Under the pieces are notes generated by a model that worked only from the letters and a program-made list of their open reading frames with translations, was not told the DNA's origin and did no database searches. A stretch of DNA of 63,925 nt, filler included, from Collodictyon triciliatum (taxonomy: Eukaryota): NCBI GenBank assembly GCA_043381765.1. It is 4 parts of 4 records of this genome, joined end to end, with 100 filler letters (N's around TTAATTAATTAA, not from the genome) between each part and the next. Parts side by side here need not be neighbours in the genome. Positions count along the whole stretch, not along the records: positions 19,528 to 38,947 come from JBHJMP010001301.1; 3 more parts are not named here. One strand, given 5' to 3'. Shown here in pieces: positions 28,214 through 39,047 of this stretch (its first letter is position 1; each line of letters opens with the position of its first letter). The position numbers and the translations under genes are program-made.

Positions 28214-30466
28214 TTAGTGGCCAAAGATCTTGTAAGAGAGGGGGACAGACACCAAGCAACAGACAACTTGCAGTGGCAGGCCAATCTTTGTGTAGTCAAA
28301 GAACTTGTATCCTCCAGGCCCGGCAACCATCAAGTTCGTTTGATATCCAATCGGCGTGGAGAAGTCAGCAGACCCGGCCAAAGCTAGCGCATACATGTAC
28401 GCTTTTGCATTTACGCCAGTGATTTTCGCTGTTTTCACGGCGATGGGGAACATCAGGGTTGCGGATGCGCTGTTAGATAGGAGCGCCGTGAGAATAACCG
28501 TACCGATATATATGGCATAGAGCCCGCCTATCGGACCGAGCCCTTCAAACCCACTGACAAGGTTATTAGCCAACTTATCAGCAATACCTGTGGTTGTCAA
28601 AGCGGTCGCTATGCCATCAGCACCAGCGATAGTCAAGAGGGTGCAAGCAGGGACGCTTCTCTTTGCCTCCACAGTTCCGGATATGCCCAGAGCAAAGTAA
28701 GCAAAGACGCAAGCAAGAGCTGTATTGGATAGTTCAATTTCAATAGAATTCTGAGCATTTAGAATCACCAGGGCTATCATGAGGGCAAACGCAGCTTGCA
28801 TCTTCCAGCGAGCCCCAGATGTAGTGTAGCTGTGAACGACGCCAGAGACAAGGGCAAAGGTGGGGTCATGTCTATAGTCCTCGACGAAGGATGGTGGTGC
28901 CTCAACCAGCAGCGTATCTCCGGCTCTAAGGATAATATCACCTACTTTCCCTTCCAGTCGCTCTCCCCCACGATGAACAGACAAAATGGCTGCTCCGAAT
29001 TCTGAACGAAAACGAGAAGTTCGAACAGTCTTTCCAATCAAAGGAGAACGAACATTCACCACAGCTTCGACTAGGATTCGGTGCCCATCAATACCGATAG
29101 ACCCATCAAAAGACGGGACGAAGTCAGTACTCTTCCACAAGTAGCGGGCACCCTCGACAGCTCCAGTGAAGCAGAGCTTGTCCCCAGCCTCGATGATGAC
29201 GTCACCTGAAGGAGCAGAGATGACCTCACCGGTCTTGCGCTCGATGTCAACCAGATATACGGCAGGCAAGTGGCGAAGATTATTTTTTTCCACTGAATGT
29301 CCTACCATGTCACTGCCACCGCGAACAATGACACGAATAGCGTATCTGCGACTGTCTTCAGTGAGAGTGGCGCGAATTCCTTTGCGGTCTGGGAGGAGGA
29401 ATGGGGAGGCCAGGGAGACATAAATGATTCCAGCAATAGTAAGAGGTGCACCAACAGCGCCGATTTCAAAAAATGGAAGTTTCATGTTCGGATATTCGGC
29501 AGTAGCAAGAGCTTTCACAACCAGATTAGTGGAAGTGCCAATGATTGTGAGGAGGCCTCCCAAGATGGTGGCATAGCTGAGAGGAATCATATACTTTGAT
29601 GGAGGGAGATTGTAGCGCTGACACCAAGCCTCGACCACCGGAATGAAGACAGCCACCTGGGGGATGTTGTTTGTCCAGGCAGAGATGAATCCATTTACAA
29701 TCATGAATCGAAACTGGGATGTGTAGATGTTCCAAGGACGTCCCATACAATATTTGGATATGTACTCAATAGCACCGGATTCCTCAATACCATTCGCCAC
29801 AATCAACATGAGTGCGATGGTCAAGACGGAGTCGTTTCCCAAGCCTTTGAATGATTGAGCTGGAGTAATGATTTCGCGATACAGAAGCAGGGTGCTGCAG
29901 CCAAAGAGAGCGATATCAGGGTCGGTGATTCCACGAACCAGAATAACGATGGCAATGTATAGAGTCCATATGGTATACCAGGCATCGTTGCTGAGTTCCT
30001 TCCAAGATGTTTGGTAGCGGAGAAGCAAGAGAAGAATCAAAGTGACCAGGAAAACAGTCAAAGATATTTTTTCGCTCCAAGCCATGTCAGCGATTGTTTG
30101 AATTAGTGACTTGTCCTCATCGTCTTCCAAGTCTTTTTCCTCATCCTTTTGGTGCTCCTGGATGGCGCCTTTCCCATCTAGGGCATTCAGATGAGAAGCT
30201 TCTTTTCCATGGCTCTTTTCACCAAACAGGTTGAAGTGGTGGCTATGCGGTCCATGTTTCTTGTGGGGGTCTTGAATCTGAAGAAAATCAGGGACATCAT
30301 CGTTCAAGTGACGCTCGGCACGGGTTGGGGCTTGAAAAGGTCGACCGAATTGGTCACAATCCTGCAAGTTATCGGAGGCCCACTTGTAGGGGTAAAAGAA
30401 TGATGATGTATTAGATGTTGGCCCCGCAACCAAGGTGCGCAGGGGTATCTCTACAGCTTGCCTCAT
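28214..30466 (-). CDS. SLC13/DASS-family Na+/sulfate (SLT-type) symporter with two TrkA-C (RCK-C) domains; single coding exon, 750 aa
   Basis: Polytopic ORF with GLGNDSVLTIA, SAWTNNIPQVAVFIP, PSKYMIPLSYATILGGLLTIIGTSTNLVV, LPFFEIGAVG, LLPDR, TrkA-C repeats (SPLIGKTVRTSRFRSEFGAAILSVHRGGE..GDTLLV), TALLSNSASATLMFP and FSTPIGYQTNLMVAGPGGYKFFDYTKIGLPL. Confidence 0.93.
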   Translation of the reverse strand: MRQAVEIPLRTLVAGPTSNTSSFFYPYKWASDNLQDCDQFGRPFQAPTRAERHLNDDVPDFLQIQDPHKKHGPHSHHFNLFGEKSHGKEASHLNALDGKGAIQEHQKDEEKDLEDDEDKSLIQTIADMAWSEKISLTVFLVTLILLLLLRYQTSWKELSNDAWYTIWTLYIAIVILVRGITDPDIALFGCSTLLLYREIITPAQSFKGLGNDSVLTIALMLIVANGIEESGAIEYISKYCMGRPWNIYTSQFRFMIVNGFISAWTNNIPQVAVFIPVVEAWCQRYNLPPSKYMIPLSYATILGGLLTIIGTSTNLVVKALATAEYPNMKLPFFEIGAVGAPLTIAGIIYVSLASPFLLPDRKGIRATLTEDSRRYAIRVIVRGGSDMVGHSVEKNNLRHLPAVYLVDIERKTGEVISAPSGDVIIEAGDKLCFTGAVEGARYLWKSTDFVPSFDGSIGIDGHRILVEAVVNVRSPLIGKTVRTSRFRSEFGAAILSVHRGGERLEGKVGDIILRAGDTLLVEAPPSFVEDYRHDPTFALVSGVVHSYTTSGARWKMQAAFALMIALVILNAQNSIEIELSNTALACVFAYFALGISGTVEAKRSVPACTLLTIAGADGIATALTTTGIADKLANNLVSGFEGLGPIGGLYAIYIGTVILTALLSNSASATLMFPIAVKTAKITGVNAKAYMYALALAGSADFSTPIGYQTNLMVAGPGGYKFFDYTKIGLPLQVVCCLVSVPLSYKIFGH

Positions 30467-32513
30467 AGCTACGCTACAATAAGGGAGAATAGGAGGGGAG
30501 TTAAACGTTAAAAGTGGTGGGACTATATAACCTGATTTATTGTACTAACTAAATTTTGCATACAACGACAAAGAAATATCGCTAATAACACACACTACAG
30601 ACATGTGAAGTGACTATGTACGGACTGGAAAAAAATATAAATTCCTTTTAAATATATTATCTAGCCAGGTGGGAACCGCGAGAGTGTAAATGGGTACAGC
30701 GATGAATTTATGATGTTATAGGGGAGGTACCCCACGAGTTTTAGAGGGCAATTATCGGGCAATGATATGCTTTGTGACATTTATTTATGTCAGAAATAAA
30801 ATATACATTCTTTGGTTAACAACTGTTTTGATTTAATTTAATTTGATTTGTTGTGTTTTGTTTAATTTTGAACATCATGTTCATCATATGTTCAGTACTG
30901 CCACCACGCACGGAAGAAGTGAACGGTCCAATGGATTTTATATACACGCCCACACAGCTAACCATCCTCTATATGTTGTTTATATTTCACGCGGTACTGT
31001 TCCCTACGCGATATTTCAGACGAGGCATGTATGCTGTTGGACATGTCTGTTGTAGCGTTACACGGCGGTTGTCGTGTCCTTTTTGTGGTCAAGATGATTC
31101 CATCGCGTTCTGCATTTGGACTCACGACGCGCCAACCGCCTCATTTTTCTCCCTGATGACACGACCGTAATATAATTGTGCTACCTATGTAGGGACACAC
31201 ATAGGGAAGTCGTGGGTGGTAGTTGTTTAATGAAACTTTTCTAGTGAGTCGCATATATATATAAATTTAAATGTGTTTTAATATAATTTTACTCTATAAA
31301 TATGAACAGATAATGAATCATATTATAAATTCCAAATTTAAATGATAAACTGAATTCGTTTGGTGCGTAGAGTTCAAAAAAACAACGCGGAGAAGAAAAA
31401 ATTCTTTTTGAAATTGGCCACAATTACAAGGCAAAAGCCGCGTCTCTGCGCGTGGTTGCAAGCGAGATGCAGAATATATCCTATAACTGTACAGTTTTTC
31501 TGTATATGTGTTTAATTAGTTCTTAATTGGAAAATATTAAATTAATTAAGAATTATTTTTTTATAGAAAACTTATCATTTGAAATATATATATAACGTAT
31601 ATCAACTAATAATAAATATTATTGTATTAAAAAAAAAAATAAAGCGATATGCAAATTGCTTCTTGTCTTTCACGTACGCGTCCCCACGCGACGAAGGATA
31701 GCAGGTTGAACATATTGTGGAACACCACGCCAGAGACAAGATAAAGCTCTGCGTTTGTGAATTTGCGAAATATGATAGTAAAATTCATTTCTGTGAATTG
31801 GTTTTCTGTTCTCTCAAGCGCCAGTCGCACCGACAGCCGAGAAAGACACGTACGCGCACATGCACATGCACAACCATCGCGTTGGACACGGCACTGTGCC
31901 CACACACAGATAGGCCTGTCGTATAACAGCACAGAGGCGCCAAGCTTATGAACGGGCAATCTATAAATTGCACGAACAAACATAAGGATACTCCCACAGC
32001 CCAGACATTCTTCGTGTCCACTTTGTTCTTTTTCCCAGTAGACAACACTTGACACACCATTCCACGCCAATGTGGAGCGAGGAACAGGAGTTGATGCACG
32101 CGGAGGCAAAACAAATATTCACTTTCTATCTTGAGCCAGAGTTCAGAAAACAACATATTATAATTTAAGCATGATGAAGAAAGAAAACAAGTTTTTTTCC
32201 GTCCTTCCTTTCCCTCAACTCCTTTATAACCATCCATGTTTTTTACCTTTCTGTTTTTGGCTGTGTTTCAGTAGTCAGAGTAGATGGATTACTATTATTA
32301 TTATTATTGTTTATGTCATTCTCCACCATGACGATTTTCCACACATTCCATCGGCAGTCAGCCTTTAATTCCTTTTTTTTTTCTTTTTCCCCTTCCCCTT
32401 CCCCTTTTCCCCTTTCCTCCTCGACCAGCTATAATGACCCACCCACCCATCCACTTTTCCTTTTCCATGGCTCGTCTCGCTTGCGGACTTCTCAACTGCC
32501 CCCCACCTTGCAG

Positions 32514-34736
32514 ATGACGAGCTACAAGACAACGTCAGGCTACGTGCTGCGGTTCGACGCGGCCATGGACCAGTTTGGGCGGGGGTTTGAGGCGTCGGAC
32601 GGGGCGTGGGGGCACGGAGGGCCGGGCAACGAGACGTTTGCGGCGTTTGGGTCGACGGGCAAGGAGAAGGAGAAGGAGGAGGAGGAGAAGGAGGAGAAGG
32701 AGGAGAAGGAGGAGGTGGGGGCGGATCTGAAGGCCGGGGAGGCGACTGTGGAGGTGAAGGCGCTGACGGCAAAGGAGAAGCTGCGGAGCTACGCGCTGAT
32801 GCACGCGAACCACCTGCGGAAGCAGTGGGTGAAGGTGGTGATGTTCCTGGTGGTGATCATCCTGACGGCGGTGCTGATGCACGGGGACTGGGCGTTCATG
32901 GACCACATGCAATGGTACCTGCTGTGGTGCCTGGTGATGTCGATGGGGCTGCTTGCGCTGCGCGTCTCGTCGCCGGACATCATCCTCTGGCTGATGGTCA
33001 CGCTGATGATCCTGCACAACGACACGATCGAGCTGCGCAGATACTACACGGGGATGAGCAACGAGTCGGTGGTGACGTTCATCCTCGTGACCACGGTCTT
33101 TGCGTCGGTGGAGTACGTGGGGCTGCTGGACTACGTGCTGCACCGCTACTTCCGCCCGGTGGGCAGCCGCCTGGGCGGGCAGCTGATGGCGCTGCTGATG
33201 GGCGCGGGGCTCTCGGCCTTCTTCGACAGCCAGATCATCCTGCAGCGCCTGATCCCGCACGTGCGCGAGTGGGCCCTGCGCAGCCACATCCCGCTGCCCC
33301 AGGTGATGCTGCCGCTGGCGTACGCCGTGCAGGCGGGCGGGTGCCTGACGATCCTCGGCTCCTTCCAGACCATGACGCTGCGCGGCCTGGGCATCGTGGC
33401 CTTCCCCAAGCTGCAGATCCCCTTCTTCGAGATCGGCCGCGTCGCCGTTGTCGTCTGCGGCATCGTCCTCGTCTACACGTGGCTGCTCTCGCCCTGGCTG
33501 CTGCCCGACCGCCGCGAATCCGCCTCCTCCGACAAGCGCGACCTGCGCGAGTACACCGTCGCCGTCGTCGTCAAAAAGTCCAGCCCCACCGTCGGCAAGA
33601 CCATCGAGGCGGCCGGCCTGCGCAACCTGCCCGGCGTCTTCCTCGTCGAGATCCGCCGCCTCAAGGGCGAGCTGCTCCCGGCCCCGGCCGGCTCCGTCTT
33701 CCTCCACGCGGGCGACCGCCTGACCTTTGCCGGCGACCTGGACACCGTGCAGGCGCTGTGGAAGACAAAGGGCTTTGCCCCCACCTTTGGACCCGCCGAC
33801 GCCGACGGCCCCGACGCCGAGAAGCGCTCGCTGGCCCAGGACCTGCTCAACCCCACGCGCAAGGTCATTGTCGAGGTCGTCATCTCCATGCACTCCCCCT
33901 TAATCGGCCTGACCGTCAAGGAGGCCCACTTCCGCTCCCGCTACGGCGCCGCCATCATCGCCATCCACCGCTTCGGCCACCGCCTGACCGGCAAGATCGG
34001 CGACACCCTTGTCGAGGGCGGCGACGCATACCTCCTCGAGACCACAAACCGCTTCCTCGACAAGTACAAGGACCACCACCACTTCTCCCTCGTCTCCGAG
34101 GTCTCCGAGTCGGTCCACACCGTCCCCAACAAGCTCAAGATGCTCGTCACCCTCGGCGGCGTCGTCACCATGTTCAGCTTCATCGCCCTCAACAAGTGGG
34201 AGTACGGCACAAACGCCCTCGGCTGCGTCTACTTCCTCATGATCCTCCAGTGTCTGCCACTCCCCGTCTTCCGCAAGGCCTTCCGTGGCTCCCTCATCCT
34301 CGAAATGACCGCCCCTTTCACCATATACTACATCCTTAGGACCTATGCCATCACCACACAGATCGGTGTCGACTTTGTCGACCACTTCGAGACTGCCTGG
34401 GGTCTCCTGTGGGCCGTCTACCTCTTCTCCTCTGTCCTCTGCGTCCTCGTCGGCCCCGCTGCAACCATCGCCATGATGATCAACCCCATCTCTCGCATCG
34501 TCAAGCTCACAAGTTTCGACGTCCGCGCTTTCCTCTACGTCATTGCATTCGCCACTTCTACAAGCTTTGTTTCTCCCACTTTCATCCCAACAAACCTTAT
34601 GGTCGCCGGCCCAGGTGGATATACCAAGTGGGACTACGTTCGCTTCGGTCTCCCACTTCAACTCATATGTTCTGCTGTCATCGTCCCCATGATTCACGAA
34701 CTCTACGTCAATCGCAGCCCAGCCGAATACATCTAG
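32514..34736 (+). CDS. Second SLC13/TrkA-C paralog with degenerate ion/substrate-binding motifs; single long coding exon
   Basis: Colinear with the neighbouring paralog: GMSNESVVT, PLAYAVQAGGCLTILG, IPFFEIG, LLPDR, GLRNLPGVFLVEIRR, SPLIGLTVKEAHFRSRYGAAIIAIHR, TNLMVAGPGGYTKWDYVRFGLPL. The ATG at 32514 directly follows a pyrimidine tract plus CAG, so the upstream part of the called ORF (32307-32513) is probably intronic. Confidence 0.9.
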   Translation: MTSYKTTSGYVLRFDAAMDQFGRGFEASDGAWGHGGPGNETFAAFGSTGKEKEKEEEEKEEKEEKEEVGADLKAGEATVEVKALTAKEKLRSYALMHANHLRKQWVKVVMFLVVIILTAVLMHGDWAFMDHMQWYLLWCLVMSMGLLALRVSSPDIILWLMVTLMILHNDTIELRRYYTGMSNESVVTFILVTTVFASVEYVGLLDYVLHRYFRPVGSRLGGQLMALLMGAGLSAFFDSQIILQRLIPHVREWALRSHIPLPQVMLPLAYAVQAGGCLTILGSFQTMTLRGLGIVAFPKLQIPFFEIGRVAVVVCGIVLVYTWLLSPWLLPDRRESASSDKRDLREYTVAVVVKKSSPTVGKTIEAAGLRNLPGVFLVEIRRLKGELLPAPAGSVFLHAGDRLTFAGDLDTVQALWKTKGFAPTFGPADADGPDAEKRSLAQDLLNPTRKVIVEVVISMHSPLIGLTVKEAHFRSRYGAAIIAIHRFGHRLTGKIGDTLVEGGDAYLLETTNRFLDKYKDHHHFSLVSEVSESVHTVPNKLKMLVTLGGVVTMFSFIALNKWEYGTNALGCVYFLMILQCLPLPVFRKAFRGSLILEMTAPFTIYYILRTYAITTQIGVDFVDHFETAWGLLWAVYLFSSVLCVLVGPAATIAMMINPISRIVKLTSFDVRAFLYVIAFATSTSFVSPTFIPTNLMVAGPGGYTKWDYVRFGLPLQLICSAVIVPMIHELYVNRSPAEYI

Positions 34737-35160
34737 ACCTCTCTATCGATCCTCTCCCCATTCCTCGTTCTCTGCGGCAAGTGCTGTAAGAAAAAGATAC
34801 CCCGAAATATTTCAATCAGGGAGGAATGAATGAAAAAATAAAAAAAATATTAAAATAAACAAATACTTTACCTTGGCCACCGTTTCTATCTTCCACAAGT
34901 ATAGCACTCTTTTCCCTTATAAACTAATCCCATTGCTGACATTCTTTCGCTATGGAATCCTTTGCAGAGGTTTGTATCATATAGTTACAACCCATATACA
35001 CTTGTAAAGAAAGAAGTAGGAGTTATAATCTGCCCATCACTCTGGCGAATACTCTTTCTTATTTATATACAACCCCTCCAGAATAAAAGAGGATGGAGGC
35101 CGTCTCTCTAAAATTATATATTTTTTTTGATTGAAACAAGTGGATAAAACTGTAGCCTAC

Positions 35161-35260
<100 letters not shown>

Positions 35261-35502
35261 GGCTCAAGTCTTTGCGGGACTCTATTTTTGTGTTTTTTTT
35301 AAGTTTGACTTTTTATGTTTTTTGGGAAGAGCTGAAGTTAAGTTGGAGATTTCAACCACGATGACAAAAACCTATCCAATACTGGCGAGAAGAAAACACA
35401 CCCAAACCAAACACTTAATTTATAGAAAGGGAATTATTTCATAAGAGGTGTTGTAAGGGAAGTGAATAGAACCACCATATTTTCCATCCTTTCATTTGAA
35501 TC

Positions 35503-35535
<33 letters not shown>

Positions 35536-35699
35536 AAGAAAAGAAAAAGTCTACAAGACCAAAATAAGAAACTCCCTTAGACATGAGGTCTAATCCATGT
35601 GGCTAGAACAAACGGTTCGGACCGATTATTGGAACATTTTGGCTGTACTTGCGGCGGCGATAATCACCAACCCCACTTTGGGCAGCTGTTTTTCATTTG

Positions 35700-38600
35700 A
35701 CATCAATAATTACATCTCATGCTGGGCGGTACAACTAAGACAGGCTTACTTGACTTTTCATTTACCAAGATATGCGAATAAATGGAAGAAAGAAAAAGAG
35801 AATACCAGGCGTTGGAATCGCAGATCTGATAGGAGGGAATATCAAGGGTGTTCCAAGTATAGGATTGTTGTACTCAAATCGTCTATGCATGAAAACTTTT
35901 GGATGAGACACACCATCTAATATTAAAGATAAATAAATATTGATATAAATATATTTGTTACCGGGACGGTGGTTGATGTTTTTGCTGGATTTGTTCATTG
36001 TTTCTCTTCACATTTATTTCTCTGTAAGAATTCACACCATATTGTCTCGCATACCCATCTAATTTTGTAATTCAGTTAGATTTTCAACCTTGTAGTTAGC
36101 GATAATAATAACAATAATAATAATAGTTTTTTTTTTCAAAATAAAACCTCTGCTTTGATAAATTTGTGGAAGTTTGTCCAGATTTTTATCCAACTCAGGA
36201 ATGTCTCTCATTTTATGCAAAGGTGAAGGATTAGGCCGTAGAAGTTCAGGAGGACGTGGTCGCCGTGGAGGCTCTTGCTTCGGAGATGGGGCGGATAATG
36301 GTGGTATAAGCTTTGAGGGTTCTTTTAACTGCTCTTCTCTTTCATCATTATCCACGCACGTTTTAGAGTCTGAAACGTCAATAGCTGGATGTACTGGCTG
36401 ACGGTGTCGCATATAACGTAGTAATTCATACTGAGCATGTAAGAGAACTTCTTACCAGACACATGTTAAAAAAAAAAGGCATTGTACCTTTGGCAAGTCT
36501 ATATGAATCATACTCATCCTACGTGGAAGGGCGATTGTATCGATTAAGTGGACCTTACATCAAAGAATGTTAAATACATTATTTAATTTTTTTTTGGTTC
36601 TTAAATCGTATAAATACACTTGGAAGTGGTTTACGTGAACTAATTTTTCGTTTTATTTTAGTTAATTGTATCATACCAATACACGTGATTGAAATTTGTG
36701 AGCTTACATCTTGTTGGTGTGATGAGGAGAGCCTCGACTTCACACAAGGATGCTGCAAGATTTCATCCACAGAGGGTCTCAACTTTGGATTTTTCACTGA
36801 TTTATTATCCATTTTCTTTTAAGACAGCATTTATCATGTTTTGTATGAATGTATGTATGAATGTATGTATGTATGTATGTATGTATGTATGTATGTATGT
36901 ATGTATGTATGTATGTATGTATGTATGTATGTATGTATGTATGTATGTATGTATGTATGTATGTATGTATGCGTTTATGTGTGTATATAAATACATATAA
37001 TTTTGGTTGAGGATAAAAATAGAACCAAGAAGTCTAGATATAAGGTTCTGAAGTTCTGGACTAACGTGACTTGGTAACCTTGGTAAGTTACCTAGTATTA
37101 TTTAGAAATAAGCAATCTTGAGATTATGGGAGGGGAGATAAGAAGGTAAGGAACTATGAAAACAATATTTTGAAGTTGCGAACCTGTCACGACGTTTCGG
37201 GATAAGTCTGTCATATTTACGCCTTGGAACGGGAGTTGTAGGGCAGTAATTTCATACAAAACAACACCTAGGTCAAAAAATGATATTTGGTGATTCACGC
37301 AGGAGTAAACGCGGACGAAAAAAATATTCACAGTAAGTCTTTACCCAAGGACCAAATATCCGTTTTTTCATTGTACGGCTGGTCTTTCCATTGTTCAGGA
37401 CTTAAATAGTAGGGGGTACCTAAAGCACGAATCAAAAAAAGTTGGAACGGGTTTGCTTCACTATTTATATCTATCATGTTATTCAGACCAATATTAGTAT
37501 ACACGTATTCTGCTCCTTTCATGAGTTTTGCCACCTAAAGTTTACAATTAATTTTAATTTTGATGAGAACGTTTTAGTTTATGGGCACACTTGGAGATTA
37601 TTTATTTCACAATAAATATATTACCCCAAAGTCAGCCAATTTAAGAGATCCGTCCTGGGATATGAGGATATTGCTGCATTTTAAATCCTAACAATTTGAA
37701 GTTAAGCTATATGCGCCATTTAAGCACATTTCACATTAGAGAAGGCCTTTGGAAGAGTTTCAAAATCTCCAACTTGATGGGATTTTTTTTTATAAAAAAG
37801 ACAAAACACAATACAATACAAGAATTGAGTGACAAATAGAAATCAAATATTAATGAAAATCTAGAAAAAAAAAACAAAAAAACAAAAAACAAACAATATG
37901 TACCCTGTGTACAATTCCGTGTTTATGCAGGGCTGCCAAACCAGAGCATATCTGTGCCATGTATAACCACAATTGATCTTCAGTAAGGAATTTGCGTTGA
38001 TTCTTGTGCTTCTTTATCAAGTGATCGAGATCTCCATCAGCTAATTCTGTAACCTTTCATAAGGAAATGAGACGGAAAGCTGAATAGAACGTACTTGCAA
38101 TTAATTTTTTAATTGAGAAATGTAGGGAATATGAAGATTAAATATAATGAAGCTACTATATATAGCCTCCCGTCCTCGACGAATGCGTACTTGTATCTAA
38201 AGTACCAAAGTAATTTTTTTTTAAAAAAAAATTGCCTCCGTTTCTTAATATTTTGCTTCTTTTACTTAGACTATGATGTAAGGATTTGTGAAATTGGGGA
38301 GAAATCATAAATGCGTTCAATATTAACATATCATTACAGTACTCTATAACATTTGGATGGCTTATTGATGCGAGTAGGCGCACTTCGTTTAAAGCAACTT
38401 TTCTGATATGAATGTAGGTTATTCAAGTAGTTGTGGGAACAATCCAAGTATTTTAAAAGGATTATGAGGAAACCTTTCTTCGGAGTTCATGGGCTTGATG
38501 TTCATCTCTTTAAGTGCATATCTATTCCATAGATGTTATCATAATAACGATAAGAATAATAGTAATAGTAATAGTAATAACAATGATAAGAATAAGGAAC

Positions 38601-38801
38601 AATAGAACACATTTAGGATAGCCAAGATCGAGTTATATTGAGAAATATTTTTGACTCTCGTGGAGGGGTAAATAGTCCTGCAGAGAAATGTCTCGATTGT
38701 GAAGCATACGTTTCGTTTGTGTGTGTATTGCGCACTTTGTAGACAGAGCCGAAACTACCCCTTCCAAGAAGGCGAAGTTTCATGAAATCTTTGAGTTGCA
38801 T
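35700..38801 (-). CDS. NIMA-related (NEK) Ser/Thr kinase, multi-exon; 3' end approximate
   Basis: Spliced: [13 protein letters not shown]..|[105 protein letters not shown], followed by [14 protein letters not shown], a post-kinase motif I associate with ciliary CNK2-like NEKs. Confidence 0.9.
36843..36971. repeat. (TATG)n microsatellite in a NEK intron
   Basis: Directly visible. Confidence 0.95.
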
Positions 38802-38947
38802 CTTGCCTACTCAATCCTGGAAAAGGCATGCGGTCGGTTAGACACTTAAGTTGCAACGTTGAGGGGACCCAAGCCACCAAGGAGCTCAGATCAGTTTGAA
38901 AGAGAAAGAGAAAAAAGAAAGAGAAAAGAGAAAAGAGAAAAGAGAAA

Positions 38948-39047
38948 NNNNNNNNNNNNNNNNNNNNNNNNNNNNNNNNNNNNNNNNNNNNTTAATTAAT
39001 TAANNNNNNNNNNNNNNNNNNNNNNNNNNNNNNNNNNNNNNNNNNNN
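38948..39047. other. Artificial scaffold-joining linker 44N-TTAATTAATTAA-44N
   Basis: Same 100-bp structure as 19428-19527. Confidence 0.97.

Noticed and set aside
32535-34697. Long antisense and alternative-frame ORFs (452, 577 and 265 aa) over SLC13 copy 2
   Set aside because: Expected from near-saturated GC3, which removes stops in other frames; the translations are low-complexity with no motifs.
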